Assembly: GCF_006345805.1 (NCBI RefSeq)
Contig: NC_043005.1
Span: forward strand, 10,974,001-11,038,000
From: Octopus sinensis
Taxonomy: Eukaryota
Length of the DNA: 64,000 nucleotides
Direction: 5' to 3'
The position numbers were made by a program, and so were the translations under genes. This document shows positions 51,916 through 63,545 of the stretch, piece by piece; within the stretch, counting starts at the first letter, position 1, and every line of letters begins with the position of its first letter. The notes beneath the pieces are model-generated. The model worked only from the letters and a program-made list of their open reading frames with translations, did no database searches and had not been told where the DNA came from.

Positions 51916-52309
51916 TCTTTATATATAAAAGAGAGGTTGTGTGCTGTCTGTCTCCTACGATTTAGATTCCTAACTACTCCCACATTTTGCGGTGCAGTTT
52001 AACCAAAAGCGGGTATCTTATAGTCGTGATTCATATCGAGCCCTTCTGGGTATTAGCGCGCGTCTACGATGAGTCTACGATTTAAAAAAAAATTACCATC
52101 AATTTTTCCCATTTTTAATGCATTTTTGGCATATATAAGGGAAGTAACTCTCTAAAAATTTATTATTAAATCTCAGTACCTAAAAAGCTACAGTAACACC
52201 CCTCTTTGTGGTTAGCCATATTGAGATGGCTATTATACTTTACATCTCTAAAAATGCTTATATAGTTATTTCCCTTACAAACCCGAGCAACGCCGGGCGA
52301 TACTGCTAG
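51916..52309 (+). mobile_element. Non-autonomous Helitron (copy 2)
   Basis: A|TC...cccgagcaacgccggg...CTAG|T; near-identical to 15544-15930. Confidence 0.85.
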
Positions 52310-52516
52310 TTATCTATATTTCTATACCAAGAGCCATTATTTTCTGTGTTGTAGGTCTTTTAATTGTTTAATTAACTTAGTCGAAATTGTTGTGCGTTAC
52401 TTCAATATGTTTGACATGCGTACAGTTCTTGTCAAAATATATTTATTTACTGTCTTATTTTCAATTTTGACTTGTATTGACTATGTTGTTGTATGTATAT
52501 ATTTATTTATATAGGT

Positions 52517-52925
52517 GTAGGAGTGGATGTGTGGTAAGTAGCTTGTTTACCAACTACATGGTTCTGGGTTCAGTCCCACTGCGTGGCACCTTGGGCGAGT
52601 GTCTTCTACTATAGCCTCGGGCCGACCAAAGCCTTGTGAGTGGATTTGGTAGACGAAAACTGAACGAAGCCTGTCGTATATATGTATATATATGTATATA
52701 TAAGTGTGTGTGTATATCTTTGTGTGTCTGTGTTTGCTTGACAACCGATGCTGATGTGTTTATGTCCCCGTTACTTAGCGGTTCGGCAAAAGAGACCGAT
52801 AGAATAAGTACTGGGCTTACAAAGAATAAGTCCTGGGGATCGATTTGCTCGACTAAAGGCGGTGCTCCAGCATGGCCGCAGTCAAATGACTGAAACAAGT
52901 AAAAGAGTAAAAGAGTAAAGAGTAT
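52517..52925 (+). mobile_element. SINE family B
   Basis: Full copy. Confidence 0.9.
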
Positions 52926-53403
52926 ATAGCTACCACGCATAGCAATTTTTTTTTGTTTTACAACTCTTAGCATCTCGCAAAGTTCTTTATCCACTTTCTT
53001 CATATGCACTTTCCATAATCCCCGTAAGATTTCGTGTGTTTTGTTTTATTCTGCCCGTATCATTTTCTCTGCCACAATATTGCTCGCCTAGCATTCAAAT
53101 TGATACCTTAACTCGCTTGACCTTTTTCCCCCTCAGCTTCCCACCTAGTTTTACTGGCTTAGCTCTTGTTAGAAAGTTCTACTACTCGTTCACTTACATC
53201 CACCTCCTCGCATTGCTCTTCCAGCTCTTTCTTTTGTTATTCGATTTCCCACACGACTAACATTAACCTTTATATTCCCTTTCTGATGAAAGACAGTCGT
53301 CCAACAAATCAGCGCTCTGTAATTAGTTTTTCCACGAAATTCTTTAGATTAAAATGCTGACAATGTGACAATGACAATCACCACTTTCTTTGATACCAGC
53401 TAT

Positions 53404-53490
<87 letters not shown>

Positions 53491-53522
53491 TTTTACCCTC
53501 ATTGTTGAAATTATATATATAT

Positions 53523-53575
<53 letters not shown>

Positions 53576-53636
53576 ATATATCTCTATATATAATCTCCTA
53601 TACTATATATAATATATATGTATATATCTACTATTG

Positions 53637-53697
<61 letters not shown>

Positions 53698-53713
53698 CTA
53701 TATATAATCCTAT

Positions 53714-53750
<37 letters not shown>

Positions 53751-53884
53751 ATCCTCTCTCTCTCTATATATATATATATATGAGCGTCCAATAATACTAT
53801 ATTTGTTCCTGTCCTCGCGTTGTTGTGGTTTTTTTGTGCTTTCTTGTTTGGATTAACTTTATATATATATATACACATATGTCA

Positions 53885-54143
53885 TTGAATAAAAGAAGGG
53901 TAAAAATACCGTTTGCCAAAGATGAAAGCGAAAGCTTTAAAAACCACCAATCCTACGATAAATGCACAGCATGAAATCAATTGATATTGGGGTATGTAAA
54001 CTTCAAATTCCATCCTGAAGGTAGGCCTATTTTTTGAAGTGTTCATTGCGTTGTTCGTGTGTGTATTTATCGTAGGATTGGTGGTTTTTGAAGCTTTCTC
54101 TTTCATCTATGGCAAGCGGTATTTTTACCCTTCTTTTATTCAA
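53885..54143. repeat. Inverted repeat (84-bp arms, about 90-bp spacer)
   Basis: Arms 53885-53968 and 54060-54143, with a few mismatches. Confidence 0.85.
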
Positions 54144-54435
54144 ATATTTAATATGATACCTATTCTGGTAGAAGTCTTGCTAACCACATCATTATTACTA
54201 TTTTTAACAGTAATAATGCTTTCATATAGTTCCTTATATATATATTTATAAATATATTTATCGCTTGTAGAATTGTAGAAAATAAATCCGGATAAGAAGC
54301 ACACTCTAAGATGTAGAGCAGTATATATTAAATGTGGGTAAGGCCGGAGATTTTCGGGCCGTGCTTGCATTTCAGGAAATTCCTATTAGAGTTTTGGGAA
54401 CCGCATAATAACGATAATAGCGGTATTAGCGATAA

Positions 54436-54842
54436 AAAAAAGGCGGCGAGCTGGCAGAATCGTTAGAATACAGGGAGAAACGCTTTGCGGTGTTTGGTAT
54501 GTCTTTACGTTCTGAGTTCAAATGTCATCCTTTCGGGGTCGATAAATTAAGTACCAGTTGCGTAATGGGGTCAATCAAAGCCTTGTGCCTAGATTGGAAA
54601 ACAATATTAAAGGAGGCGAGCTGGCAGAAAGGTTAGCACGCCGGGCGAAATGCGTAGCCGTATTTCGTCTGCCGTTACGTTCTGAGTTCAAATTCCGCCG
54701 AGGTCGACTTTGCCTTTCATCCTTTCGGGGTCAATAAATTAAGTACCAGTTATGCACTGGGGCCGATATAGTCAACTTAATCCCTTTATCTGTCCTTGTT
54801 TGTCTCCTCTGTGTTTAGCCCCTTGTGGGTAGTAAAGAAATA
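54436..54842 (+). mobile_element. Two tandem SINE family A copies inside one TSD
   Basis: ggtattagcgataa at 54422-54435 and 54843-54856. Confidence 0.8.
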
Positions 54843-55074
54843 GGTATTAGCGATAATTTTTGAACTACGGTTTGAAATTGATTGCTGATGAGAGTGGGGA
54901 ATACCTCCTCCCTTTTAACCCTTACAGCCGACAGGTGGCGTAGCTGAAGGAGGACGGCATAGCCGGAAGCCGGTGAGCAGCCGATGACCATCAGAAGAGG
55001 GAGATAACCCTCATTGTTTATATCTAGTTCGTTTCCCCCTCCATACTTTAAAGAGGCCATTGGCCAACAAGTCT

Positions 55075-55133
55075 TAGGGTCTGATGATACACTATAAAGA
55101 TACTCTGTATAGCGGAAACCCAGGGTGACCTTA
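55075..55133 (+). ncRNA. Type I hammerhead ribozyme-like motif, probably inactive (G at the cleavage position)
   Basis: tagggt-CTGATGA-ta-[c a ctataaaga tac tctgtatag c g]-GAAA-ccc(a)ggg-TG-acctta; stem I is 6 bp. Confidence 0.55.
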
Positions 55134-55233
55134 TAAACAGGGTTTCACCAGTAATAAATACAGACTGGTCTGCTTCTTAGAGTGTGCTTCTTCTCCGTTT
55201 TTATGCTTTTCTAAAAAAAAAAAACGATATATA

Positions 55234-55273
<40 letters not shown>

Positions 55274-55803
55274 CGTGTGTGTGTGTAACAAACATGCGTA
55301 CACATCCTTGTATAAGAGTATTTGAGACGTAGAGATACAAAGACAAGATATCTGTAAGAAACATTACATATAACATAACCTGTTAGTTTAGGTAAAGACA
55401 CACATATACACCACGCACACTCACTCACACACACTCACACACACATATAAGCATAGGCGCGCACACACACACACACACACTCTCTCTCACACACACACAC
55501 AAACACACACACGTATTGTTGGAGATGTAGTTGCATTCATAGATACGCACATAAATACACACACAAACATATACGCACGGATAGAGAGAAAGAGTAGGAG
55601 ACAGTGTGAAAGAGCGATTGAGAGACATAGTTACGGAGAGAGAGAGAGAGAGAGGAAAGGAGAGAAGGCGGGAGTTGGAGCTTACATTCAGGTCGATGTG
55701 CTGTGTGAGTGTGACGTGTGTGAGCATCCTTTTGTTTGTCTACAAATATGCAAATGTGTGCACGTTTGTCATGTAAGATTGTGAGGTTCAGAGTGTGTAT
55801 TAT

Positions 55804-56164
55804 GTGTGGAAGCACTTCGTCGGTTACGACGACGAGGGTTCCGGTTGAATTTAACGTGTAAGTGGCTGAGCACTCCACAGACACGCGTACCCTTAACGTA
55901 GTTCTCGGGGATATTCAGCGTGACACAGAGAGTGACAAGTACGGCCCTTTGAAATACAGGTACAACAGAAACAGGAAGTAAAAGTGAGAGAAAGTTGTGG
56001 TGAAAGAGTACAGCAGGGATCACCACCATCCCCTGCCGGAGCATCGTGGAGCTTTTTATGTGTTTTCGCTCAATAAACACTCACAACACCCGGTCTGGGA
56101 ATCGAAACCGCGATCCTACGACCACGATTCCGCTGCCCTAACCACTGGGCCATTGCGCCTCCAC
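55804..56164 (-). mobile_element. SINE family C
   Basis: TSD tgtgtattat (55794-55803, 56165-56174). Confidence 0.88.
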
Positions 56165-56544
56165 TGTGTATTATATACGTGTGTGTGTGTTGATGTAATC
56201 GACTTAATCCGTTTGTCTGTCCTCGTTTGCCCCTCTGGGTTTAGCCCCTTGTGGGTAGTAAAGAAATAAATATATGTACGTGTGTGTGTGTGCGTGTGTG
56301 TGTGTGTGCGTGTGTGTTTGTGCGTGTGTGTCTGTGTTTCTCACTCACCACTGCTTGATAACCGGTGTTGGTGCGTTTACCTCCCCGTAGTCTAGCGGTT
56401 CGGCAAAATAGAATAAGTACCAGACATCGAAAAAAAAAAAGTACGGGGGTAGATTCGTTTGCCAATAATTTTTCAAGGCGGTGCCCCAGCGTGGGCGCAC
56501 TCTAAACAAGCAAAACAAAAACCAAATAAAGGATATATATATCT

Positions 56545-56941
56545 CTTTTTACTCTTTTACTTGTTTCAGTCATTTGACTGCGGCCATGCTGGAGCACCGC
56601 CTTTAGTCGATCAAATCGACCCCGAGACTTATTCTTTGTAAGCCTAGTACTTATTCTATCGGTCTCTTTTGCCGAACCGCTAAGTAACGGGGACATAAAC
56701 ACACCAGATCGGTTGTCAAGCAATGCTAGGGGGACAAAACAGACACACAAACACACACCACACCCATATATATACATATATACGACAGGCTTTTTCAGTT
56801 TCCGTCTACCAAATCCACTCACAAGGCATTGGTCAGCCGGGGCTATAGCAGAAGACACTTGCCCAAGGTGCCACGCAGTGGGACTGAACCCGGAACCATG
56901 TGGTTGGTTAGCAAGCTACTTACCACACAGCTACTCTGCGC

Positions 56942-56942
<1 letters not shown>
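56545..56942 (-). mobile_element. SINE family B
   Basis: Full copy. Confidence 0.9.
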
Positions 56943-57006
<64 letters not shown>

Positions 57007-57046
57007 ATATATAGATATATAATATATATAATATATATATATATAT

Positions 57047-57082
<36 letters not shown>

Positions 57083-57259
57083 TTATATAAATAAGGATTA
57101 GATTGATATTTAAAATACTGATCTTAGATGGCTAGCATGGGGAAAAGAAAGGACCTTCTCTCCTAGTGCAGTATGAACATTTAATGTGGTTTTAGAGTCA
57201 AGTTTTGACTGCTATTTCCAGCATGGTGGTATCTCTTAGATACCCTAAATTATAATATA

Positions 57260-57445
57260 TATTTCTTTACTACCCACAAGGGGACAAACAAAGACAGACA
57301 AAGGGATTAAGTCGAATACATTGACTCCAGTGCATAACTGGTACTTAATTTATCGACCCCGAAAGGATGAAAGGCAAAGTCGACCTCGGCGGAATTTGAA
57401 CTCAGAACGTAATGACAGACGAAATACGGCTACGCATTTTGCCCA
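57260..57445 (-). mobile_element. SINE family A, partial
   Basis: Body and tail match. Confidence 0.8.
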
Positions 57446-58273
57446 TACTTGTGTATGTGTATACGTGTGAATGTGTGTGCGTGTGTGAACATGTGTGTGT
57501 GTGTGTGGTGTGGCGTGCATGTGTGTGTGTGTATGTTTGTCTGTATGCGTGTATGTGTGTGTGTAAACTACATATTCTGACGCCCACGCGCTTTAGAAAT
57601 ACAAGTGATCATCGCTTCTTACTTGAGTGCTGAAAATCTCCATTACTTCACGTAGTTCTAACATCGCCGTTTGGTGGTTTTATGAAGAAGGAAGTTGATG
57701 AGGATGGATGAACGACTGATGAGTGGGTTGACTACTTAGAAAATCCATCTGCTCTCAGCTACTTGTATAACAGTATTGGACATCGTACAAAGCAGTCACT
57801 GCTGCAATGAAAGACCACATTGAAAAATTGTATATGACAGTATATATATCCATGTGTTCATATGCGTGTGTGTATTCTTATCAATGCACGTATGTAAATA
57901 CTTTTATGTAAGTAAATGTGCATATACATACAAATATATATATATATATATATTATATATATAAAAAGAGCAATAAAGATTCAGTTAATTTAAAAAAATT
58001 TACTTGAATATGGTACCTAACTAGATGCACCAAAAAAAAACTATACTGATTTAACAATACAGTAATGTGGGGTGATTATAAGCGAGAAAGAGCAACAAGA
58101 ATGATATCCATTCTTGTGCTTCTTTCTCGCGTATATATATAGTATATATATATCCTTTTATCCTTATTTAGAAGTAAATATATATGTACACACAAACACA
58201 CAAACACACACACACACGCACAAACACACACACACAAACACGCACACACACGCACAAACACACACACACACAC

Positions 58274-58328
<55 letters not shown>

Positions 58329-58537
58329 GAATATAATATAAAATGGGACAAGAGCGCTAAACAGCCGGACAGCTAGGTGATACAAAAAGGGACAACAAAA
58401 CATCCAGATAGACGATACAGAGAAAACAAGGACGAGTCATTCGAAGCCCTCTATCCTCAGTCAAGCACCAGATTATCATCGCAATTTCGGCTGATTAATC
58501 TTGAGATGTTCCAATCTGGCCAGCTCCAAGGAAAAAC

Positions 58538-58569
<32 letters not shown>

Positions 58570-58570
58570 A

Positions 58571-58626
<56 letters not shown>

Positions 58627-58785
58627 ATATATATACACATATATATATATACATACATATATATATATAAATATATATCAATAATAACAATGGGTAAAAT
58701 TAATTAATTAAGAAGTAATCAATAAATTTCACCAAGTAGGATTCGGTATGAAAACAGGACCGCTAACACGGTAAATTTTAGTAAT

Positions 58786-59244
58786 ACTAATAAAAAGGGT
58801 TCAGCAAAAGAATTGCTTCACCGCATACCGAAGTTCAGAAATAGCAGCCAAAATCTTAGCCATTTCTTCTATTTTAAAAAGGGTCTTCCAGAGAACCCAA
58901 AATACTTGAAGTTTAATCACACAGACAGAGAGTAAAGCAAACGAAAATCAATCAATATAATCCGGATTATAACAGAAAATCCATACTGAAGAAGAATATG
59001 GTTAGTAAAGTATATTTTTTTTATATTCTTTATGAAAAAACCTAATTCAGAAACGCGCGTCTATGGATGATCGGATATTGATTGATTTTCGTTTGCTTTA
59101 CTCTCTGTCTGTGTGATTAAACTTCAAGTATTTTGGGTTCTCTGGAAGACCCTTTTTAAAATAGAAGAAATGGCTAAGATTTTGGCTGCTATTTCTGAAC
59201 TTCGGTATGCGGTGAGGCAATTCTTTCGCTGAACCCTTTTATTA

Positions 59245-59246
<2 letters not shown>
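58786..59246 (+). mobile_element. Palindromic element: about 172-bp inverted arms enclosing a hammerhead motif
   Basis: Arms 58786-58957 / 59075-59246 differ by about 2 substitutions and 1 indel; bounded by (TA)n-rich DNA. Confidence 0.85.
58979..59068 (+). ncRNA. Type I hammerhead ribozyme with intact catalytic core
   Basis: atccata-CTGAAGA-...-GAAA-cgcgcg-TC-tatggat: 7-bp perfect stem I, palindromic ACGCGCGT stem III, GUC site (cleavage after 59061). Stem II is gaat..ggtt / aacc..attc. Confidence 0.8.
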
Positions 59247-59285
<39 letters not shown>

Positions 59286-59311
59286 TATATAGAATATATA
59301 TATATTTATAT

Positions 59312-59365
<54 letters not shown>

Positions 59366-59929
59366 GAAGAGGATTTGAAAATGTAAATTTTAAAGATGTT
59401 TATTGACTTGACCGGTTTCACTTTAAAAAAAGATTTTTAAAAGTAAAATGTAAGGCTTTGCGTAGCCATTGAGATATTAAAACAAGTTAACATGGATGTA
59501 TTAAAATTGATGATAGAGTCTTTGACAATGATAAGAAAATGTTAAGAAATAGAATCTCCGACAATGATAAGAAATTGTCCTTAATAAATATGATGGACCT
59601 GAGGAAATTTTGCACCTCTTCTCACCTGGGTCCTGTGTCGAGTGTCGCCTTACCGCCATTAACTATACTTCTGAATGTAGACAGTATGTGATAGGAGAAA
59701 GCGTGCATTGCTTTGTTAAAACTTCATCAGAAATCATATTTAGACATGTATACAGGATTTTAGGGGAATGACAAACCTTTTTTCTTCAACTCCGGTCTTA
59801 TATGTGTGTTTGTGAAGAATGATTGCCAATTTTAGAAATAGTGTGGGAGGTTGGTTGGTGGGGAATGCATTCACATGATCTGATTTCGAATTGTTTGTGG
59901 AATCAAAAGGATTTTTTGTGTCTGGGCTA

Positions 59930-60192
59930 GTCTGTCAAGTTTTGGTGGTTTTTAGACTGGTCTGTATTTTTGAAGAAAGGATATTTTCCTTATTTATCTG
60001 TGTTTGGTCAGTGGTGCTGTCTGGGCACTGGTACAGTGGGAAAACTAGGAATCTGGGGGACTTATTTTGTGCATAGATATCTAAGTGGTATCTGTCTTGT
60101 GATGGAATCCCTTAATTGTTGGCGGTGGACTTTGAGAGTAAGGCTAGTTTGCCCTGTGTAGTCTTCGTGGTACCCTTCACACCATTCTTGCC
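59930..60192 (-). mobile_element. Degenerate Penelope-like GIY-YIG endonuclease C-terminal fragment
   Basis: Minus translation CEGYHEDYTGQTSLTLKVHRQQLRDSITRQIPL ... FLVFPLYQC ... KE ... QKYRPV (frameshifted) matches the C..C...YIGQT...HRQQ...FP.YQ...KY.P.LN pattern. Confidence 0.65.
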
Positions 60193-60544
60193 ACTGACGA
60201 TTTTTCTTTTCGTCAAATGTCTAATCTTAATTAATTAAACGTGATTTTTGTTTTGCTATCCACATTGTCCTGCTCTTAATTATAAACACTGAAATCGTGG
60301 TATAGCCGGATGTTTAAGAACTTCATCTCATTATTATGAAGTCTTGGGTTTGCTTCGTCTACGTAACATCACTTTCTTTAGCGTCAAGTCGACCCATACC
60401 TTGTGAATGAAATTATGTAGATGGAAATTCTTTAGAAGCACGTCTGAGGGATTATATCTGTAACTGACAATTGATAAATCCCTTACCACTGCAGCTATGC
60501 AGCGTATCTAGGGCTAGAAAGCCAGGCGGAGCCCATCTCTCTCT

Positions 60545-60696
60545 AGGCTAAACTCATTTCTACAGCTGAATGGACTGGAGCAACGTGAAGTGAAGTGTTT
60601 TGCTCAAGAACACAATGCATCACCCGGTCCAGGAATCGAAACCACAATCTTACGATCGTGAGTCCAACACCCTAGCCACTAAGCCACGCGTCTCCA
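60545..60696 (-). mobile_element. SINE family D (head plus CORE-like segment)
   Basis: Minus tggagacgcgtggcttagtgg...tttcgattcc...ttcttgagcaaaacactt...cagctgtagaaatgag. Confidence 0.75.
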
Positions 60697-60709
60697 CATA
60701 TCCGTAACT

Positions 60710-61094
60710 GGATGGAAGCACTCCGTCGGTTACGACGACGAGGGTTCTTTGATACGAATCAACGGAACAGCCTGCTCGTGAAATTAACGTGTAAGTGGCT
60801 GAGCACTCCACAGACACGTGTACCCTTAACGTAGTTCTCGGGGATATTCAGCGTGACACAGAGAGTGACAAGGCCGGCCCTTTGAAATACAGGTACAACA
60901 GAAACAGGAAGTAAGAGTGAGAGAAAGTTGTGGTGAAAGAGTACAGCAGGGATCACCACCATCCCCTGCCGGAGCCTCGTGGAGCTTTAGGTGTTTTCGC
61001 TCAATAAACACTCACAACGCCCGGTCTGGGAATCGAAACCGCGATCCTATGACCGCGAGTCCGCTGCCCTAACCACTGGGCCATTGCGCCTCCA
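60710..61094 (-). mobile_element. SINE family C
   Basis: TSD catatccgtaact (60697-60709, 61095-61107). Confidence 0.92.
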
Positions 61095-61539
61095 CATATC
61101 CGTAACTAAAACGGCACAAACCTTGTCACAGTGTCACGGTGATTACATTTGAAAATTACATTGAGTACACGTCTCCGTAGTATACTCGACAACAAACACG
61201 CTAATTCAATGGAACCTGTGACTTCAGTTCAGTGAGCAGTTGAAAATTCATGGTCGGAAATTGTAACCGAGATCTACTAAATATAAATACTAAAACTTAG
61301 GACCATTATGGAGATGTGCTGATCCGTGAGACAGACTTTATCTTCTATCTTTTGCTTATTTTATTCATTTTAGAGTGCGGCCCTACTGGGGCACTGCCTC
61401 GGAGAATTTTTTGTCGAATGAATCGAAGTAGTGCCTATTATTTATTTTAAGCTTGACACCTATTCTATCGGTGTCCTTTTGCTGAAATGCTACGCTACCG
61501 GGACATAAATACACCAATATGGTTGTCAAGTGGAGATCT

Positions 61540-61610
<71 letters not shown>

Positions 61611-61654
61611 ACACACACACACATACACACACACGACGGTCTTCTTTCAGTTTC

Positions 61655-62262
61655 TTATTTCTTTATTGCCCACAAGGGGCTAAACACAGAGGGGACAAAC
61701 AAGGACAGACAAACGGATTAAGTCGATTATATCTACCCGAGTGCGTAACTGGTACTTATTTAATCGACCCCGAAAGGATGAAAGGCAAAGTCGACCTCGG
61801 CGGAATTTGAACTCGGAACGTAGCAGCAGACGAAATACCTATTTCTTTACTACCCACAAGGGGCTAAACACAGAGAGGACAAACAAGGACAGACAAACGG
61901 ATTAAGTTGATAATATAGACCCCAGTGCGTAACTGGTACTTAATTTATCGACTCCGAAAGGATGAAAGGCAAAGTCGAAGTCGACTCCCGCGAATTTAAC
62001 TCAGAACGTAGCGGACGAGACGAAATACCTATTTCTTTACTACGCACAAGGGGCTAAACACAGAGAGGACAAACAAGGACAGACAAACGGATTAAGTTGA
62101 TAATATAGACCCCAGTGCGTAACTGGTACTTAATTTATCGACTCCGAAAGGATGAAAGGCAAAGTCGACCTCCGCGGAATTTGAACTCAGAACGTAGTGG
62201 CAGACGAAATACCGCTAAGCATTTCGCTCGGCGTGCTAACATTTCAGCCAGCTCGCCGCCTT
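61655..62262 (-). mobile_element. SINE family A trimer nested in a family B relic
   Basis: Units 61655-61838, 61839-62028 and 62029-62262 with identical junctions gacgaaatac|ctatttctttac. B tail to the left, B head remnant (cttaccacacagc) to the right. Confidence 0.9.
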
Positions 62263-62421
62263 CTTACCACACAGCAACACCTGTACTTTTTTGTTTCACC
62301 TATTCTTATTTTAACAAATAGTCGTCTATTACTTACGCTCAACACCATGATAAGAGGAGATATGTCATTTGTTCACTGGTTAGAGCAAATGACCACCTGT
62401 CGGAACCGTTTAGTATTATAA

Positions 62422-62813
62422 TGGAGGCGCAATGGCCCAGTGGTTAGGGCAGCGGACTCGCGGTCATAGGATCGCGGTTTCGATTCCCAGACCGGGCGTT
62501 GTGAGTGATTATTGAGCGAAAACACCTAAAAGCTCCACGAGGCTCCGGCAGGGGATGGTGGTGATCCCTGCTGTACTCTTTCACCACAACTTTCTCTCAC
62601 TCTTACTTCCTGTTTCTGTTGTACCTGTATTTCAAAGGGCCAGCCTTGTCACACTCTGTGTGTCACGCTGAATCTCCTCGAGAACTACGTTAAGGGTACA
62701 GGTGTCTGTGGAGTGCTCAACCACTTACACGTTAATTTCACGAGCAGGCTGTTCCGTTGATTCGGATCAACCGGAACCCTCGTCATCGTAACCGACGGAG
62801 TGCTTCCATCCAT
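62422..62813 (+). mobile_element. SINE family C, full length
   Basis: A/B-box head; the direct repeat tattataatg flanks it. Confidence 0.92.
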
Positions 62814-63114
62814 TATTATAATGAGTCAACGGTGCTGGTCTTCTCCTTTACTGACTCTAGAGCTTCTACTGCAGAAGCTGGAGGTTCCAGAAAAGGTTTT
62901 TGCAGGAACTATAATAGGGAAAATTCTTGTTTGCATGACGGCGTCAGTATCAAAGCGTCGGAGATCAAACACATTAAGGAGATCAGCACAGATCTGATGG
63001 AAAACGAGGCAGTGATAGGAGCTTAAATTAGTTATGAGAAGTCATCGTGCCTGTAGCTCACATCCTGTACACCTCATCCAACTGCGTAGTGAGGCGTTAG
63101 AGTATAGACCGGTT

Positions 63115-63269
63115 AAATCATCATCATCATCATCATCATTATCATCACCATCACCATCATCACCATCATCATCATCATCATCATCATCATCACCATCACC
63201 ATCATCATCATCATCATCATCATCATCACCATCATCATCACCATCACCATCATCATCATCATCATCACC

Positions 63270-63327
<58 letters not shown>

Positions 63328-63409
63328 CATCATTATCATCACCATCACCATCATCACCATCATCATCATCATCATCATCACCATCACCATCATCACCATC
63401 ATCATCATC

Positions 63410-63441
<32 letters not shown>

Positions 63442-63493
63442 CATCACCATCACCATCATCATCACCATCACCATCATCATCATTACCATCACC

Positions 63494-63524
<31 letters not shown>

Positions 63525-63545
63525 CCATCATCATCATCACTATTC
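63115..63545. repeat. (CAT/CAC)n trinucleotide array
   Basis: About 430 bp; source of the poly-His, poly-Ser and poly-Asp ORFs. Confidence 0.97.

Noticed and set aside
57714-57755. CTGATGA...GAAA (also at about 2253)
   Set aside because: Stems I, II and III cannot be formed; a chance occurrence.
58420-58470. Minus-strand CTGAGGA...GAAT as a hammerhead
   Set aside because: No GAAA and no stem I pairing.
62820-63030. LLLQKL...IIGKIL resembling CR1/L2 RT
   Set aside because: Neighbouring KAFD and GVPQG motifs are absent; too weak to call.
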